Positions 40,350-52,568 of a DNA stretch of 64,000 bases are shown here, in pieces. The translations under genes and the position numbers were made by a program. The stretch is from positions 128,001 to 192,000 of IMG/VR virus record IMGVR_UViG_2912838376_000002. The stretch is one strand, 5' to 3'. Within the stretch, counting starts at the first letter, position 1; every line of letters starts with the position of its first letter. The DNA comes from a virus. Taxonomy: Duplodnaviria; Caudoviricetes. The notes beneath the pieces were generated by a model that was not told where the DNA came from, searched no databases, and saw only the letters and a program-made list of their open reading frames with translations.

Positions 40350-40658
40350 AGCTCACCTCGATTCTATGTAGAGTTTGATTAATAGATTTGTTAGCCAATA
40401 TAAACACCCCCAAACATTTGATAATTCTTTAATAAATTAAACAACCCCAACCAATATGGAAGGGGAGGAGGTATGAGAATCTAATATTATTCGTTAGATT
40501 CCCCTAGAATATAATCTTTCTAGGTTAATATGTTACTTTATAGTTCATTCCCCTAGAATGTAAGTTTTATTGTTGGATGTGTCGTCTCCCCGCATGGGTA
40601 GGTGTAGTCAACCGTATATATGGTTGAGAAAGAGTTACGACACATGGTTAATAATATA

Positions 40659-42245
40659 TTAAAATGGTAAATTGTCATCATCTATAGGAGTAGGAGCCCC
40701 TACGTTATAAAACTCAACTGGTTCCGGTTTAGCTAATTTTAAGAAAGAAGGAATGTCTTCTTCATTACAATAGTCTGGAAGCGGGTTTTGGTGTGATTGA
40801 TAACCAGCTTTAAGTTTTCTGATAAACTTTTTATTAAGATAACGATACTTGTCTTGGTCACTAGTAAGCGTAAATAGATTGCGTAGTTCCAATTCAAACT
40901 TTCGCTTATCACGTAATTCTTGTTCTTTGGACTTAGTTTCTTCATATTCTACATACGTCATGATTAATTCGTAAGGAGAGTACACACATTTCTTTAGCAC
41001 TTCAAGATATTCTAAGCCATGTTCATCTAAGAAAGCAGGGAAGTTATTACCCATATTCAGATGCTTATAAAACTTACCGAAGAATCCATGTGGAAACGTC
41101 GTTGCAAACATCACATCATAAAGAGAATTGTTAGTAATGAATTTGTAAATAGGTCGGAATAAGTCAGAGTAAGGGAAACTCATTTTGAATTCTCCGAAGT
41201 ACGATACATTGTCATTAACAAATAGATTGTGACGATACATCTTCTCATTAGCTAAGATGTTGTGTAGTTCATGAGATACGAATTCTTTTCGAGATACATT
41301 TCCGTCAGCAGCTTCTGTATATGCCTCAAGATAAACAAGAACCATGTTGTACAGATAGCTTCTAAGAGCGAAGTCATATTTAAATTTCTCAACAGTAGTT
41401 ACATACTCTATTAGTTCTTCAGGGGTATTACCTTTTTGTTTGAATACCCATGTTAATATATTGAAGGAAGTATACTGAATTGAAAAACCATAGCGTTTCT
41501 TGAAGTAGAATAAACGAACCAATGTACTCTTAGGTGTAATTGGACAAACTACAGACAATCGTTTTTTCTTAATGTCTTCAATAGCAAACTTCGCCGCATA
41601 AACCTCTGTACCTCCAAAATTAAAGAAGTGTCTGATTGAGATATCAAAGTCCATAATTCGTTCAATATCACGACATAGTATTAATTCAATTCTAGTCATT
41701 TTATCGATACCTACTTCAAAGATATATGGAACAGAAATGAAGTCATATGTATAGTTTCTTTCAAACTTCTTAATATTGAAAGTAGGGGAGTAGAATGGAC
41801 TACCACTAGCTATTTTTAATTCTTCTCGTATTTCTTCAATAAATGCTTCAACATCTAATCCTCTGAAAGCAGATACAGGAACTTCCATGAACACATCAAT
41901 ATCTTTAGACTTATATTTGTTTTCAGTCACAACATAAGATACTTCATTATTTAATTCTGGTTGATTCTTCATATATGAATCTGAAAGAAAACCACCAGCA
42001 ATGGAATGTTTCATTTTATGTTCTACTTCAATACGTTCGTTACGTAATAGAAACTGATTTAAACGTTTTTTAAAATAAACTACAAATTCATTTGTTTTAG
42101 CTAAAGTAGATTTTTCAGACCAGTTAATTTCAACCTGCTCTAAATCGTATTTCTCAACTAATGGATCAACAATTGTTTCAACGGTGTTTTCAATTGTGTT
42201 TGGTGTTATTAATCCAAATGGTAATGCTTCAATTACTGTGCTCAT
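40659..42245 (-). CDS. Pol-beta-superfamily nucleotidyltransferase-like protein
   Basis: IAGGFLSD...KDIDVF motif, FD...R....RYGF; ends DDDNLPF. Confidence 0.6.
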   Translation of the reverse strand: MSTVIEALPFGLITPNTIENTVETIVDPLVEKYDLEQVEINWSEKSTLAKTNEFVVYFKKRLNQFLLRNERIEVEHKMKHSIAGGFLSDSYMKNQPELNNEVSYVVTENKYKSKDIDVFMEVPVSAFRGLDVEAFIEEIREELKIASGSPFYSPTFNIKKFERNYTYDFISVPYIFEVGIDKMTRIELILCRDIERIMDFDISIRHFFNFGGTEVYAAKFAIEDIKKKRLSVVCPITPKSTLVRLFYFKKRYGFSIQYTSFNILTWVFKQKGNTPEELIEYVTTVEKFKYDFALRSYLYNMVLVYLEAYTEAADGNVSRKEFVSHELHNILANEKMYRHNLFVNDNVSYFGEFKMSFPYSDLFRPIYKFITNNSLYDVMFATTFPHGFFGKFYKHLNMGNNFPAFLDEHGLEYLEVLKKCVYSPYELIMTYVEYEETKSKEQELRDKRKFELELRNLFTLTSDQDKYRYLNKKFIRKLKAGYQSHQNPLPDYCNEEDIPSFLKLAKPEPVEFYNVGAPTPIDDDNLPF

Positions 42246-42309
42246 ATTTATCTCTCCTTAGTAAATAGAATAAAAATCAAAAAAGGGGAGGGCGTTAGCC
42301 CTCCTTGAG

Positions 42310-42603
42310 TTATAAATCATAATTACATTCATATCCAACCGTGTATCGATCAACTAATACCATCACTAAACGGGTCTTTTGTTTAATACTTAGTGTTTTG
42401 GTTCTAGCTACTGTAATCAATATATCTCGTGCTAAGCACTCATGTTTATCTGATTCATCAACTGGATTATCCTTAAAAGATTGGATAACATCATCAATAA
42501 CCTTTTGGTCTGGAACATTTACAGTATATTTAGTAACTGCTTCTTGTATGGAGAACATTTCTCGCATAGCTGCTTCATAGCAATCATCTGCTAAATCACC
42601 CAT
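42310..42603 (-). CDS. hypothetical phage protein
   Basis: 97 aa, GGAGG SD. Confidence 0.6.
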   Translation of the reverse strand: MGDLADDCYEAAMREMFSIQEAVTKYTVNVPDQKVIDDVIQSFKDNPVDESDKHECLARDILITVARTKTLSIKQKTRLVMVLVDRYTVGYECNYDL

Positions 42604-42720
42604 AGGTTATTAACCTCCTAAGTTAACCATCGCACGATCTACTACATCAGTGCGAATTAATTTCTCTTCTATAAGTAGTTTCATATTGTTTTCAATAAGT
42701 GCTCTCACATAAATTCCCCT

Positions 42721-43089
42721 TTATAAATTCAAGATAGCCGTTCGTCCATTCCTACCCATGTCTAGTTTTTCATCACATGGAGTACATAAGCTGTAAGTCA
42801 TGTTCCAAGGCATAAGCGATAAATCCTTACCACAACATTCACAAGATAGACATTGCTCAAATTTAGCCCACCGCTTTTCTTTCTTAATAGCTTCCTTGTT
42901 ACCAATAGGCACTAAACTATTTCTCGGAGCAGAACCTAGTATTGAAAATATGTCGTTCTGATCCCAAGGAATAGTTTTACTTAAGCGACTAGATAATATA
43001 GAAAGTGTCTTTTCTTGTAAGAACCAAGGCTTTCTTTGAGCAGGTTTATTAAAATCCTGATTAGCTGTTAAATCTATGTTTGCTTTCAA
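42721..43089 (-). CDS. hypothetical Zn-binding protein
   Basis: CECCG...CTPC. Confidence 0.55.
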   Translation of the reverse strand: MKANIDLTANQDFNKPAQRKPWFLQEKTLSILSSRLSKTIPWDQNDIFSILGSAPRNSLVPIGNKEAIKKEKRWAKFEQCLSCECCGKDLSLMPWNMTYSLCTPCDEKLDMGRNGRTAILNL

Positions 43090-43814
43090 TGTTTTTTAGA
43101 GAAGAACGTAGATATCTTCTTGAAGAAACCGGGTTTTTGTTTGTTACCCATCATAAAGCGGTTTTCATGTTCTTCCAACAGAGAAAGTTGTTCTTTTAAT
43201 TCATTAATATCTTCAGGGGTTTTAATCGTCATAGAAATATTTTTACCCTTAGAAGCTTGTACTTTGTTAACCATCTTATCTAGCGTAAGGTCACAATATT
43301 CATCTTCCCAATCGCCGATGAAATAGAAGCGGTCAATAACCGTTCTACTTTTTTCATCTTGAAATGTTCCGAAGAGGATAGGGTCCTTATCGCGGCGTTC
43401 CTTCGTTACTTGTTTTTCAACTTTACCTGTATAATCCGTGAACACAACATAGAACTGATCGAACTTATCTTTAATAGTTTCTAGAACAGCAACAACATCA
43501 TCAGGTATTTCTCGTTCGTAACTTTCAAGATCCTGAATCTTAACTGTATCTTTAGAAATGTTCTCGATAAATTCTTCGATGTCATCACGGTAAACAAATG
43601 TATCGATACCAGCCTGCACAATGCTACGTTCTTTTTCAATTGTTTCTAAATGAAAGATTAATTTCTTAATAGCTTTAGTTTGGCCAGTGATTTTGTACTT
43701 ATTCAAAAGGGTAAGACAGTTATCATAGATGTTTACGAGTTCTTGATCATCTATCGTATTCTTTTTACCTTTTATAATTTCAAAGTATTCGCTTGGCGTT
43801 AGTTCTTGATTCAT
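43086..43814 (-). CDS. conserved hypothetical phage protein
   Basis: DPILFG...RFYFIGDWEDEYCDLTL; overlaps the CCA enzyme stop. Confidence 0.65.
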   Translation of the reverse strand: MNQELTPSEYFEIIKGKKNTIDDQELVNIYDNCLTLLNKYKITGQTKAIKKLIFHLETIEKERSIVQAGIDTFVYRDDIEEFIENISKDTVKIQDLESYEREIPDDVVAVLETIKDKFDQFYVVFTDYTGKVEKQVTKERRDKDPILFGTFQDEKSRTVIDRFYFIGDWEDEYCDLTLDKMVNKVQASKGKNISMTIKTPEDINELKEQLSLLEEHENRFMMGNKQKPGFFKKISTFFSKKH

Positions 43815-45343
43815 ACCATTTTCCCCACATAGTTAGACATTTGCTCACGAGCATTCTTCATAATGACTGTGCGCTGTGCACGTTTATCTTTATGAATCAT
43901 TAAACCTAACTTTTCACCTTTGTATGTTTTCTTTAGTTCTTCAATATCAAGAAGGCAGGCGATATCCTTTGCATTCTCTACATACATATCCATGATACGC
44001 TTATGTTTGATAGCGATAATTAAATCAACAGTCAGTTTCTTAGCTGATTCATAACTACCGGTAATGAACAATAACTTTCTAATCAGTTCATCAAAGTTGA
44101 GTGTACCTTCAGTGTTAAATACGCGTAACATATAAGATACAACTTTTAGAACAGCAGGTAATAGCTCCGGGTTACGGATTCGACCAACTGTATCAGCAAT
44201 ACATACGGTAATGTAATCTTGAGCCCAACCGACACTCGGAAGAAGACCTGGTTTTCTTATGTAATCACTACCACTGTATTCAAATTTACCTTCCATAAAA
44301 TCAACAGCTTTACCATTCTTCATTGCAGTGAATGCGTCGTGGAAAACCATGTGGTTAGCTACATTGAATAAGATAGCCTTCTTATAAGATTTTAAATTAA
44401 AGCGGTCAAGAAATTGTTCTGCAATTGGAACACCTTCTGCTTCATGTGCAATATAAGTAGGAGTACCTTTAACAGGGTGAATACCTTTTGTTACATATTT
44501 ACCAACATCATGAAGTAAGGCAGAGAACATAACTACTAGTTCACTATTAACAGGTAATTCATCTGCAAGATAACGAGCAGAATCAATAACTTGCATAGTA
44601 TGTTCAAATACATTTCCTTCTGGGTGGTACATTAAGTTCTGTTCAAGTTCTGATAAGCAATCAATCTCAGGGAAATGAACATCTAATACATTTGCAGATT
44701 TTAATGCATGGAAGAAGCGGGAAGGGGTACGAGCCATGAATGCTTTCTTCGTTTCTTCTAATACACGTTCAATAGGTAGTGATAACAACTCTGTTTTAAG
44801 TTGATTCATCATCGTCGATGTTTTGTATTCAATAAAGAAACCATATTCTGCAGCAAATCTTGCCGCGCGATACACTCGAAGCGGATCTTCGCAAAAAGCT
44901 TCAGTAGTTGCACGGATTGTTTCAGTTCTTAAGTCAAGTTCACCATAGAACGGATCAATTAATTTATTTGTTTCTAGGTCGATAGCCATTGAATTAATAG
45001 TAATATCTCGGCGGGCTAAATCATCCTCAATAGTGATATCTGGTGATGCATAGATAACAAAACCATTATGACCTTCAGATACTTTTCGTTCTTTTCTAGC
45101 TAATGCTACTTCACAAAGTTCTCCATCAATATCCATACGATAAACAGGGAAGTCTTTACCTTGTAACATAGCAGTAGGGAAGAGACCCTCGAATCCTTCT
45201 TGTGATATACCAGTCACACAATAATCTTTATCTTTTGGTTCTATGTCTAATAGTAAGTCACGAACAGCTCCACCTACTAAATAAACCTTTGCATTGCATG
45301 TTTTTAATGTTTCTACGATTTTAGTTAATTCCACAAAGTTCAC
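43811..45343 (-). CDS. cca: CCA-adding tRNA nucleotidyltransferase with HD domain
   Basis: YLVGGAVRDLLL..PKDKD, DLARRDITINSMA, EDPLRVYRAARF, YHPEG, LLHDVGK. Confidence 0.92.
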   Translation of the reverse strand: MNFVELTKIVETLKTCNAKVYLVGGAVRDLLLDIEPKDKDYCVTGISQEGFEGLFPTAMLQGKDFPVYRMDIDGELCEVALARKERKVSEGHNGFVIYASPDITIEDDLARRDITINSMAIDLETNKLIDPFYGELDLRTETIRATTEAFCEDPLRVYRAARFAAEYGFFIEYKTSTMMNQLKTELLSLPIERVLEETKKAFMARTPSRFFHALKSANVLDVHFPEIDCLSELEQNLMYHPEGNVFEHTMQVIDSARYLADELPVNSELVVMFSALLHDVGKYVTKGIHPVKGTPTYIAHEAEGVPIAEQFLDRFNLKSYKKAILFNVANHMVFHDAFTAMKNGKAVDFMEGKFEYSGSDYIRKPGLLPSVGWAQDYITVCIADTVGRIRNPELLPAVLKVVSYMLRVFNTEGTLNFDELIRKLLFITGSYESAKKLTVDLIIAIKHKRIMDMYVENAKDIACLLDIEELKKTYKGEKLGLMIHKDKRAQRTVIMKNAREQMSNYVGKMV

Positions 45344-48300
45344 CTTCTAGCATTTTCTTGTTGTTACTAATCCAAATTAATGTTTTGTCTCTGAACTCTG
45401 TATTGTTCGGTCCCCAGTGTTCAGCTAATAATAAGATAGAAGCAGGGAGGAGGCGGATAACTCGCTTCATTAAATCCTGCTCCGGTGTACGTCCAGTTAC
45501 ACTAATAAGACAATCGTGAATAGTGTTATTTATACCTGACATGTTATCTCTCCTTTAATAATTTATGTATACAGCTCAAGCAACCCTTGAAGTTCTCCAA
45601 TTAAATACTGAGTTTCTTCTTTAGTTAATGAGCAGCCATTTAGAATAGACTTACGTTGACCATTCGCATCGTAACCGTCATTTCGAATATTTAACTCAAT
45701 CTTATCCTTACGCTTACGCAAGATAACATTGTGTCTTTTAGCGGTAAACTTATTAGGAGTACCGGGCGAATACGTAACATCTGTATCTTTTCTAAGAATA
45801 ACAACATCCTTTATATCTACGCACATAATAACAACTCCTTTTATTTCTTCCAACCAGTGGTCCAGCTGCAACCACATTTTATACAACTATATTCATATTT
45901 TCTTTCTACTTTGACTAAAAAGAATCCACGCGTTCTAGTTGAATAACTTCCTAAACACGGGGAACCGCATTCTGGACAAGAGGAATCCTTACGGCGCTGT
46001 TCTTCTTCAATCTTCGCTTGTGCAGATGTTTTAGTTATGATTTTTTCTGACATATGAATTATTTCTCCTTATAATGCTTCGAGTATTCTCCATGTGTATC
46101 ATATCCACACCTTGTACAATACCCAGCTTGTTCTATATCATAACTCCAATAACCAGTAGCAACTGTGTAAGTATCCCAATCATGGCCTTTATGTTTACAT
46201 ATAAGACGTTTAATAAACTTAATCATATTTGAGCAATCTTCAGTGCCTTTTGCAGTCCACCATTTTGACACCATAGAGTTAAGTTTTCTTCTAATACTTC
46301 GCTAACCTTATCGCAAAGCAGGAGAATCTCTTCCGGATCATAAGCATCTTGTTTAACATCGTTACGAATAGATTTAACTAATTCCTCAATCTCCCCAAAT
46401 GACATAGGGCGTCGTTCTACAACTTCTACAGAATCAATCTTAGATATCCGTAATTTATTTAATCGGGACTTAAACTCTTGACCATTTAAAGCAGTGAACT
46501 TAAGTACCTTTTCAGAGTAGCCAAATACCATATCCTCATCTACACAATTCTTAATTTGTTCAAATGGAACTTTAAAGACCATTCGTTTGCTGTTGTATGT
46601 CCATAGGCTAATAGTGAGGATAACTTGTTTGGTCTTATTTAATTCCGTTAACAGTTGCTTGTAGTTTCTGAATTTCATATTCTATCTCTCCTTAATAGAT
46701 TAAGGTCTTTTACCTTCATCTAACATTCTCTTTAGTTCCCGTACCTGACTTAAAGGAACCCTTGTGCAGTAAATGTAGAAGGGCACCGGTTCCTCATTTG
46801 ATTTCTTACAACTTTCGCAATACCAATTCTCATACACGTATTGATAATCGTTAATTGTTTTCAAGGTATCACTCCTTATTAAAAGCGAAATGAATAGCTT
46901 CATCTTTATCGTCAAAGACAGTTAGCTTTTCGTATGATTGAGTGTAGCCACAATTACCTTCTGAAACAAAACGCTTCGCTTCAGCTTCAGTTTTGACTGC
47001 AACTCCGAATGGTGTATCCGTCGAGCGCATAGTTCCGTCACCATCAGATAGTAATACATATACTTCTTTTTCTTCATCTGCACTTAGTAGGTCAGATATT
47101 AAAATAGGTTCAGACTTCCAAGTAACAAACTTGTACTCTCCTAATTCAACAGCTCTACATCTACGTTGTTCTTCCATTGATATAGGAGTCTTAGTTTCAA
47201 TCCAATAATCATACCCACCTCTAGTTTTACCGTGAGGGATATAGTTCGTTTCTTTATCTCGATGTGGTTTATTAACAAATACATTTACCGAGCCGATTTC
47301 ATTACGAACTAAATATGTAAAACCTTTTAAGAATAGGTATCGTAGTTCAATTTCTTCTGCGTATGTTAACACCATGACTTTTCCTCCTATGACTTTAACT
47401 GAACGTAGTTTAAGTGTGTGTTAATAACTTTGTAGTCAACGTACTTAATAGATTCTTGTCCGTCATAATCGCTTATCGTCCAAGGTCTAGAAGTATCAGC
47501 TTCTGCGATCTTGATATAAGCCCAAGGCTCTGTACCTTCAAGAACACCATGTTTAGCATTCTCTTCGACAAACTTTACATATTCCGCATTAACGCGGCCG
47601 GCAATATTCCACAAAGGTATACCTACTTTATCTATAAGCCTTTGAAAATCTCTCTTAGGCTTAAACGAACCAAAACTAGGTTGAATGATTACCTTAACGA
47701 TAGTCACTACGCAACAACTCCTTTATACTTTTCCTTTGAGTAGTTCTAAGATGTCTTCTATATCTTTCTTCTCAACATAAGTAGCTTTTGCTCTATCACA
47801 TATAAACCGAACCTGTTGTAACGTCTCAACACATTTAGCTAATTGTTTAATACCTGCAGTTTCATTACTTTGTAACTTATCAAGAATAGTATGATAGTCA
47901 CCATGTTTCTCTATATAGTAATTACAAGGACCAACAGTTAAGGCACCAACAGGATCTTTCTTCTTCCATTGTTCACTAGCTACTTGCATGACATAACCAA
48001 ACTGGTGTTGATTCTTAGATACAAACTTTTGAACATCATCCATAAACTGCTCCTCCTTATTCGCAAACCTGCTCAAATTTTGTAATAACTTCATACTCCC
48101 AGTGGTACACACCTTGAGCATCTTCATTCACATTTACCGAATCCTTCTCAATTTCCTTAACGGTAAATATATCCCCAATCATAAAATCACTAGCAAAGTG
48201 TTTTTCAGTAATCACTATCTTTTCTCCGACAATAGCTTTCCGTTTAACACTTGAAACTACCTTCGTTTTCGATTGCTTCGGAAGCTGAGTAGTATTGTTG

Positions 48301-48919
48301 TATTTAGGTGTGTGATACCAATTGTTAGGCATTATAAAACTCCTCCTTATGTTGTGATACACTTAATCCTTAACAACAACTTCATAGTATCCATCGACAA
48401 GTGAAGAGTGAGGGATATGGTCAATAAAGTTATCACTTTCATATAAGACTTTGAAACATGGTCGGGGCGGATATCCTTCGGGTGTGAACATAATAAACCC
48501 TACAACCTTCGCTTCTTCTTTAGAGTGACGGAAGTTGTATGAATGTAATGACTTCAAATAAATAGGTTGTTCTTGCATATTACTTCCTCCTAAACATCAT
48601 GACTTGTCTTCCGCATGAATCAGTGAATGTATGATGTAAGACACGACCTTCTAACTCTTTAACATCTACATGTTCACCTGTATAAACATTAATAAAGACT
48701 TGTACCATAGCAGCTACTTTCTCATGCTGTGCAGAACCTATATAAACTTCCAACATAGTAATCTCTCCTTATGGTTTAACTTTGCCTTCGATTTGTAGTT
48801 TCATTACTAAGTGAGATGCTAAACGTTGTTCATTTTCAGTGAGTCTAGCACCAGTTAGTTTCTTATATATAACTTTTAGTTCATTACTAGTGAAATTCAT
48901 ATTACGTGTAAGATTCATA
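45321..48919 (-). other. run of about 14 short co-oriented hypothetical phage genes
   Basis: Tightly packed 50-170-aa ORFs (e.g. 45321-45542, 45563-45826, 45841-46053, 46223-46678, 46869-47375, 47387-47707, 47723-48043, 48057-48332, 48363-48578), most with AGGAG SDs. Confidence 0.6.
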
Positions 48920-49029
48920 TTCTTGTACACTCCTAAACTTTTTTATGAAATCGACCGAAAAACACCGAAATGATATATATTATATAGTGGGCGGGAAAAT
49001 TCCCCGGAAACAAATCTACTGCTTCTTCT

Positions 49030-49360
49030 CTCTATATATAACCCACTATATAGACTCATATATACATACCTATATAGACATAACACTATGACATAACGAC
49101 TATATAGAACTACACATCTACTACTATATAGAGACCTAATACTAATAGATAGATTGCTACTATATATAGATGCCATCGATTTGGTTCCATTCAATAACCT
49201 CCAAACCCTTGATACGACTGTGTTTGTACTTTTCTATATATGACAAACACTTAGACTATTACCCTATGATTATGTGTATCTACTATATAGGCATTCTCTT
49301 TATCTACTGCTATATAGACAGAGACACACACCACTATATAGACGTCTACTATATAGGGAG
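49030..49360. repeat. cluster of CTATATAG palindromes in a gene-free region
   Basis: About nine copies of (A/C/G)CTATATAG(A/G), one variant with an extra TA. Confidence 0.75.
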
Positions 49361-49481
49361 AATCACATACTTTATGTTTATGTACAGGTAGGAGAGGGGA
49401 TAGACCACCACTAAAACCTATGGCATTCAGAAGGCTTAGAAGGGGCGGAGACCCGCTTCACCCCCATCGAGAGGTGGTGTT

Positions 49482-50348
49482 TCAGCCTATTTTGAAAAAG
49501 CCCCCTGTAGGGAATTTATACGTAGTTTGTTTGTCTACTATATAGGTAACGAAGGCATTGACTGCGCCGACTGCTAGTTGCCATTCTTCGACCATCTTTT
49601 TTGCACGACGGTATGCGACGTCTTTCGGATTGTTGACCCAGTTGATGACACGTCGTTCTTTGCGAGTGACGGTACCGTCTATATCTATATAGATGACTTC
49701 ATACTTGGTGAAGGCCCAAGTGCGTTCGTAAATGTTGACGATAAATGTTGGCATAATAGTAATCTCTCCTTAGTGAATAAAATTAGATACATGCAGGGAT
49801 CAGTTTGTCTGCATAGAAAACGGGTGTCGGTAGTTCTTCCTTCGACAACCAAGCGAGTGAGTTTCCTGTTTCGATTAATTCTTCCGGTACGAATAGTTCT
49901 AGGTATGGACTGTTTAAGTTGACGACTGCATCCATTTCGATGTCACCTTCGATGACGAAAGCTAAGTATTTCTTTGTATAGTGATTTAGTCCGACTACAA
50001 CGACATCGTTCATGTTTGATGTCATTGCATAAGCTGCTGAGTGAGCAGGGGTAAACCCTGGATTAAGCGGTGGATTCTTCATGTGTATTTCCTCCTATAT
50101 AGTAAGTATCAGAGTCTGGGGCTAACGCCCCAACGCTACTTATATAGCTCATGACTATATAGAGCGGGATCCATGTAACCAAGGCGTTCGAGTTTTTCAT
50201 AGGATGCCGCAGCTTCAGCATGTGAAGAGTAGCGATGAGATATGTGTTTGAATGTCATCCAAGTATCAGAGTGATAGAACTGTAGTCCTATATAGTAGGA
50301 GCTGTCATCTACTTTGATAATGGATAGTCTCGTTGAAAAGTGTTTCAC
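49482..50348 (-). other. three short hypothetical genes
   Basis: ORFs 49482-49754, 49783-50082, 50136-50348 with SD sequences. Confidence 0.55.
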
Positions 50349-50562
50349 GTAATCCTCTTTCCGCGTTTGTTATTGTTCCGGTTTAAATAGACGACTAAAC
50401 CTAACCATCTCGTTAGGCAATGTCTAGACTTGTAATACAGTCGTGGATGTGATATAGGACATGGACGTCGTTAGTTCTACATTTGACTAAGGGGAGATAG
50501 TCAAAATCAAAATGGACGTCGGTAGTCCTATATTTAAAAAAGGGGAGGGGAGTGATCCCCTC

Positions 50563-51075
50563 TTATAGTTGTGGTGCAGGTTGTACCACTGTTTGTTGTG
50601 GTTGTTGCATAGCCATCATAAATTGAGTCATCTGTTGCATCATTTGCTCCATGTTCTTCTCAAGAGCTTCAATACGAGAGTTGTCCTCTAAAGGAATCTC
50701 TACAGTAGTTGGTTGAGGTGGAACTAAAAAAGACGACACCTGTTGAGGAGTCATCCCTTGTTGTGGTTGCATAGGATTCTGTACCATTGGTTGCATACCA
50801 GGCATAGGCATGAACATGTTCGGTGCAGGTTCCGAAACAAACATATCTTTAATCTTAGAAACAATAGAACCACTGTTTCCTTGATAATGACGTTTCACTA
50901 AGTTCGCCATTTGACGTTGTTGTTCAGCTTGCAGGATACCATTAACATGTGCCATCTGAGCTTGTTGCATTAACTGGTTATAGTCGATACCTTTCTCTGC
51001 ACATAGTAATTGAGTCATCATATTGTTAGCTGCACCCTGTACGTCTGATTGAAATTGTCCATATAAGTTATTCAT
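50563..51075 (-). CDS. Gln/Met/Pro-rich low-complexity protein
   Basis: 170 aa, composition dominated by Q, M, P. Confidence 0.7.
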   Translation of the reverse strand: MNNLYGQFQSDVQGAANNMMTQLLCAEKGIDYNQLMQQAQMAHVNGILQAEQQRQMANLVKRHYQGNSGSIVSKIKDMFVSEPAPNMFMPMPGMQPMVQNPMQPQQGMTPQQVSSFLVPPQPTTVEIPLEDNSRIEALEKNMEQMMQQMTQFMMAMQQPQQTVVQPAPQL

Positions 51076-51127
51076 GATTAAATCTCCCCGTTCTAGTTAT
51101 TGTTAATACACAAAATGGGAGTAGGCG

Positions 51128-51643
51128 TTAGCCTACCCAAACAAAATCCTCGGTATCATTGCTGATTTGAGAAACCTTACCTTCATTGATATAGTCATTC
51201 AGGTTATCTACTTCAATTAAAATGTGTTCAATCTCATCCACTGTACGGAAAGACAACGCACCTTGATTGGCATTGTTCTTTAATACTTGGATAGCATATT
51301 CTGCTTTCTCACGATAAGATGTCCCGACTGGGGCAAAAGCATATATAGATTGACCATTGAAAATAATATCAGTCGGCTGTACAGGTTTACCTACGTGGTT
51401 ATACAACTTGACCGTAACGTTATCAACTGCAAGTTCACCTATGTTGAACGTCTTAATCTTTAAGTCATCAGCATATAGAATACCTTCTACTTGATTAACT
51501 CGTTCAAACTTAGATTCAACTTCTTTCTTTGTTGTACGAACAGTAGTATCACAAGCAGATTTAGCACCTATGATACAAATACGAATAAATAAAGCCAATG
51601 TTAATAACATCCCAACAAATAAAACCCAACCGTTACCTTCCAT
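51128..51643 (-). CDS. membrane-anchored hypothetical protein
   Basis: N-terminal TM helix; AGGAGAG SD. Confidence 0.65.
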   Translation of the reverse strand: MEGNGWVLFVGMLLTLALFIRICIIGAKSACDTTVRTTKKEVESKFERVNQVEGILYADDLKIKTFNIGELAVDNVTVKLYNHVGKPVQPTDIIFNGQSIYAFAPVGTSYREKAEYAIQVLKNNANQGALSFRTVDEIEHILIEVDNLNDYINEGKVSQISNDTEDFVWVG

Positions 51644-51655
51644 GACGATCTCTCC

Positions 51656-52027
51656 TTAAATTGCAATAGTGTATGTGCCATAAGGATTGGTAGGTTGATC
51701 AGAATCTATAACAGAAACAATACTGATTATGATGTCACCTCCAACTCCTCTTAATGAACCAATGACAGAGATACATAGCTCTTTGTCAATTACGATAAAT
51801 CTCTCATCGTTATGTAAATCTAATATTTCATCAAACGCATTCTGAATCATCATTACGACTGCACTTTCAAATACAACACGGTGCTTACTGCGTTTAATAG
51901 AATGATAGGAATACTCAATCACTGTCGGTATGCCATCAATAGTGATGCAAATATCTTTATTGTTATCAATCTTACTTTCGAACTTTGTATAACCTTCGAA
52001 TAAGGTACTCATGAAATTTGACCTCAT
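51656..52027 (-). CDS. hypothetical protein
   Basis: 123 aa; YSYHSIKRSKHR resembles an H..ER..ER motif. Confidence 0.55.
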   Translation of the reverse strand: MRSNFMSTLFEGYTKFESKIDNNKDICITIDGIPTVIEYSYHSIKRSKHRVVFESAVVMMIQNAFDEILDLHNDERFIVIDKELCISVIGSLRGVGGDIIISIVSVIDSDQPTNPYGTYTIAI

Positions 52028-52063
52028 CTTCCTATTTAATTGTGATAAAAAAAGAAGCAGGGA

Positions 52064-52405
52064 TTAAACCTGCTTCGTTAATGATTCAATATACTTTAAT
52101 ATCTGTGCTTTCAACTCATACTTGAGCTGAACATTCTCGTAGTATTGTACGTTACCCTGTGTTTCAAATGGAGTCTGTCCAGGTGTGACCAGATAAATTG
52201 TCCCTGGATTATTCTTTGATTCTGCAATAGTGACACGAATAGAGCCACTTACTAAATACAGAATGCAATTGCAGACAATACCGTGTGCTCTTTGTAAGTC
52301 GTTTGCAGGATACACCTTAATGTCGTTTAAACCTAATTCTTTGTTGTGTGTTCTTACTGGTACGTTTACTGTGCGGTACCAAACTGATTGTTGGATTTCT
52401 AACAT
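52064..52405 (-). CDS. SpoVG/PC4-like-fold protein, paralogue of 53162-53845
   Basis: Shared WYR...LG..I...PA...HGI...GSI...Y.E...L...KAQIL pattern; start MLEIQ with AGGAGAG SD. Confidence 0.55.
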   Translation of the reverse strand: MLEIQQSVWYRTVNVPVRTHNKELGLNDIKVYPANDLQRAHGIVCNCILYLVSGSIRVTIAESKNNPGTIYLVTPGQTPFETQGNVQYYENVQLKYELKAQILKYIESLTKQV

Positions 52406-52568
52406 GTTAAAATCTCTCCTTAAAATATATTTAGACACAAAAAAGGAAGAGGACGTTAGCCTCTTCGACGTTTACGTTGAGCTATGATATTGTCCGCTAC
52501 AGTTAATCGAATGCAAAGAAGTCTATCCTCTTTTGACATTGCTAACCATTCTCTAGTGTTAATCTTCA

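Noticed and set aside
49030-49360. CRISPR array
   Set aside because: Repeats are only 8-10 bp with irregular spacing; no cas genes
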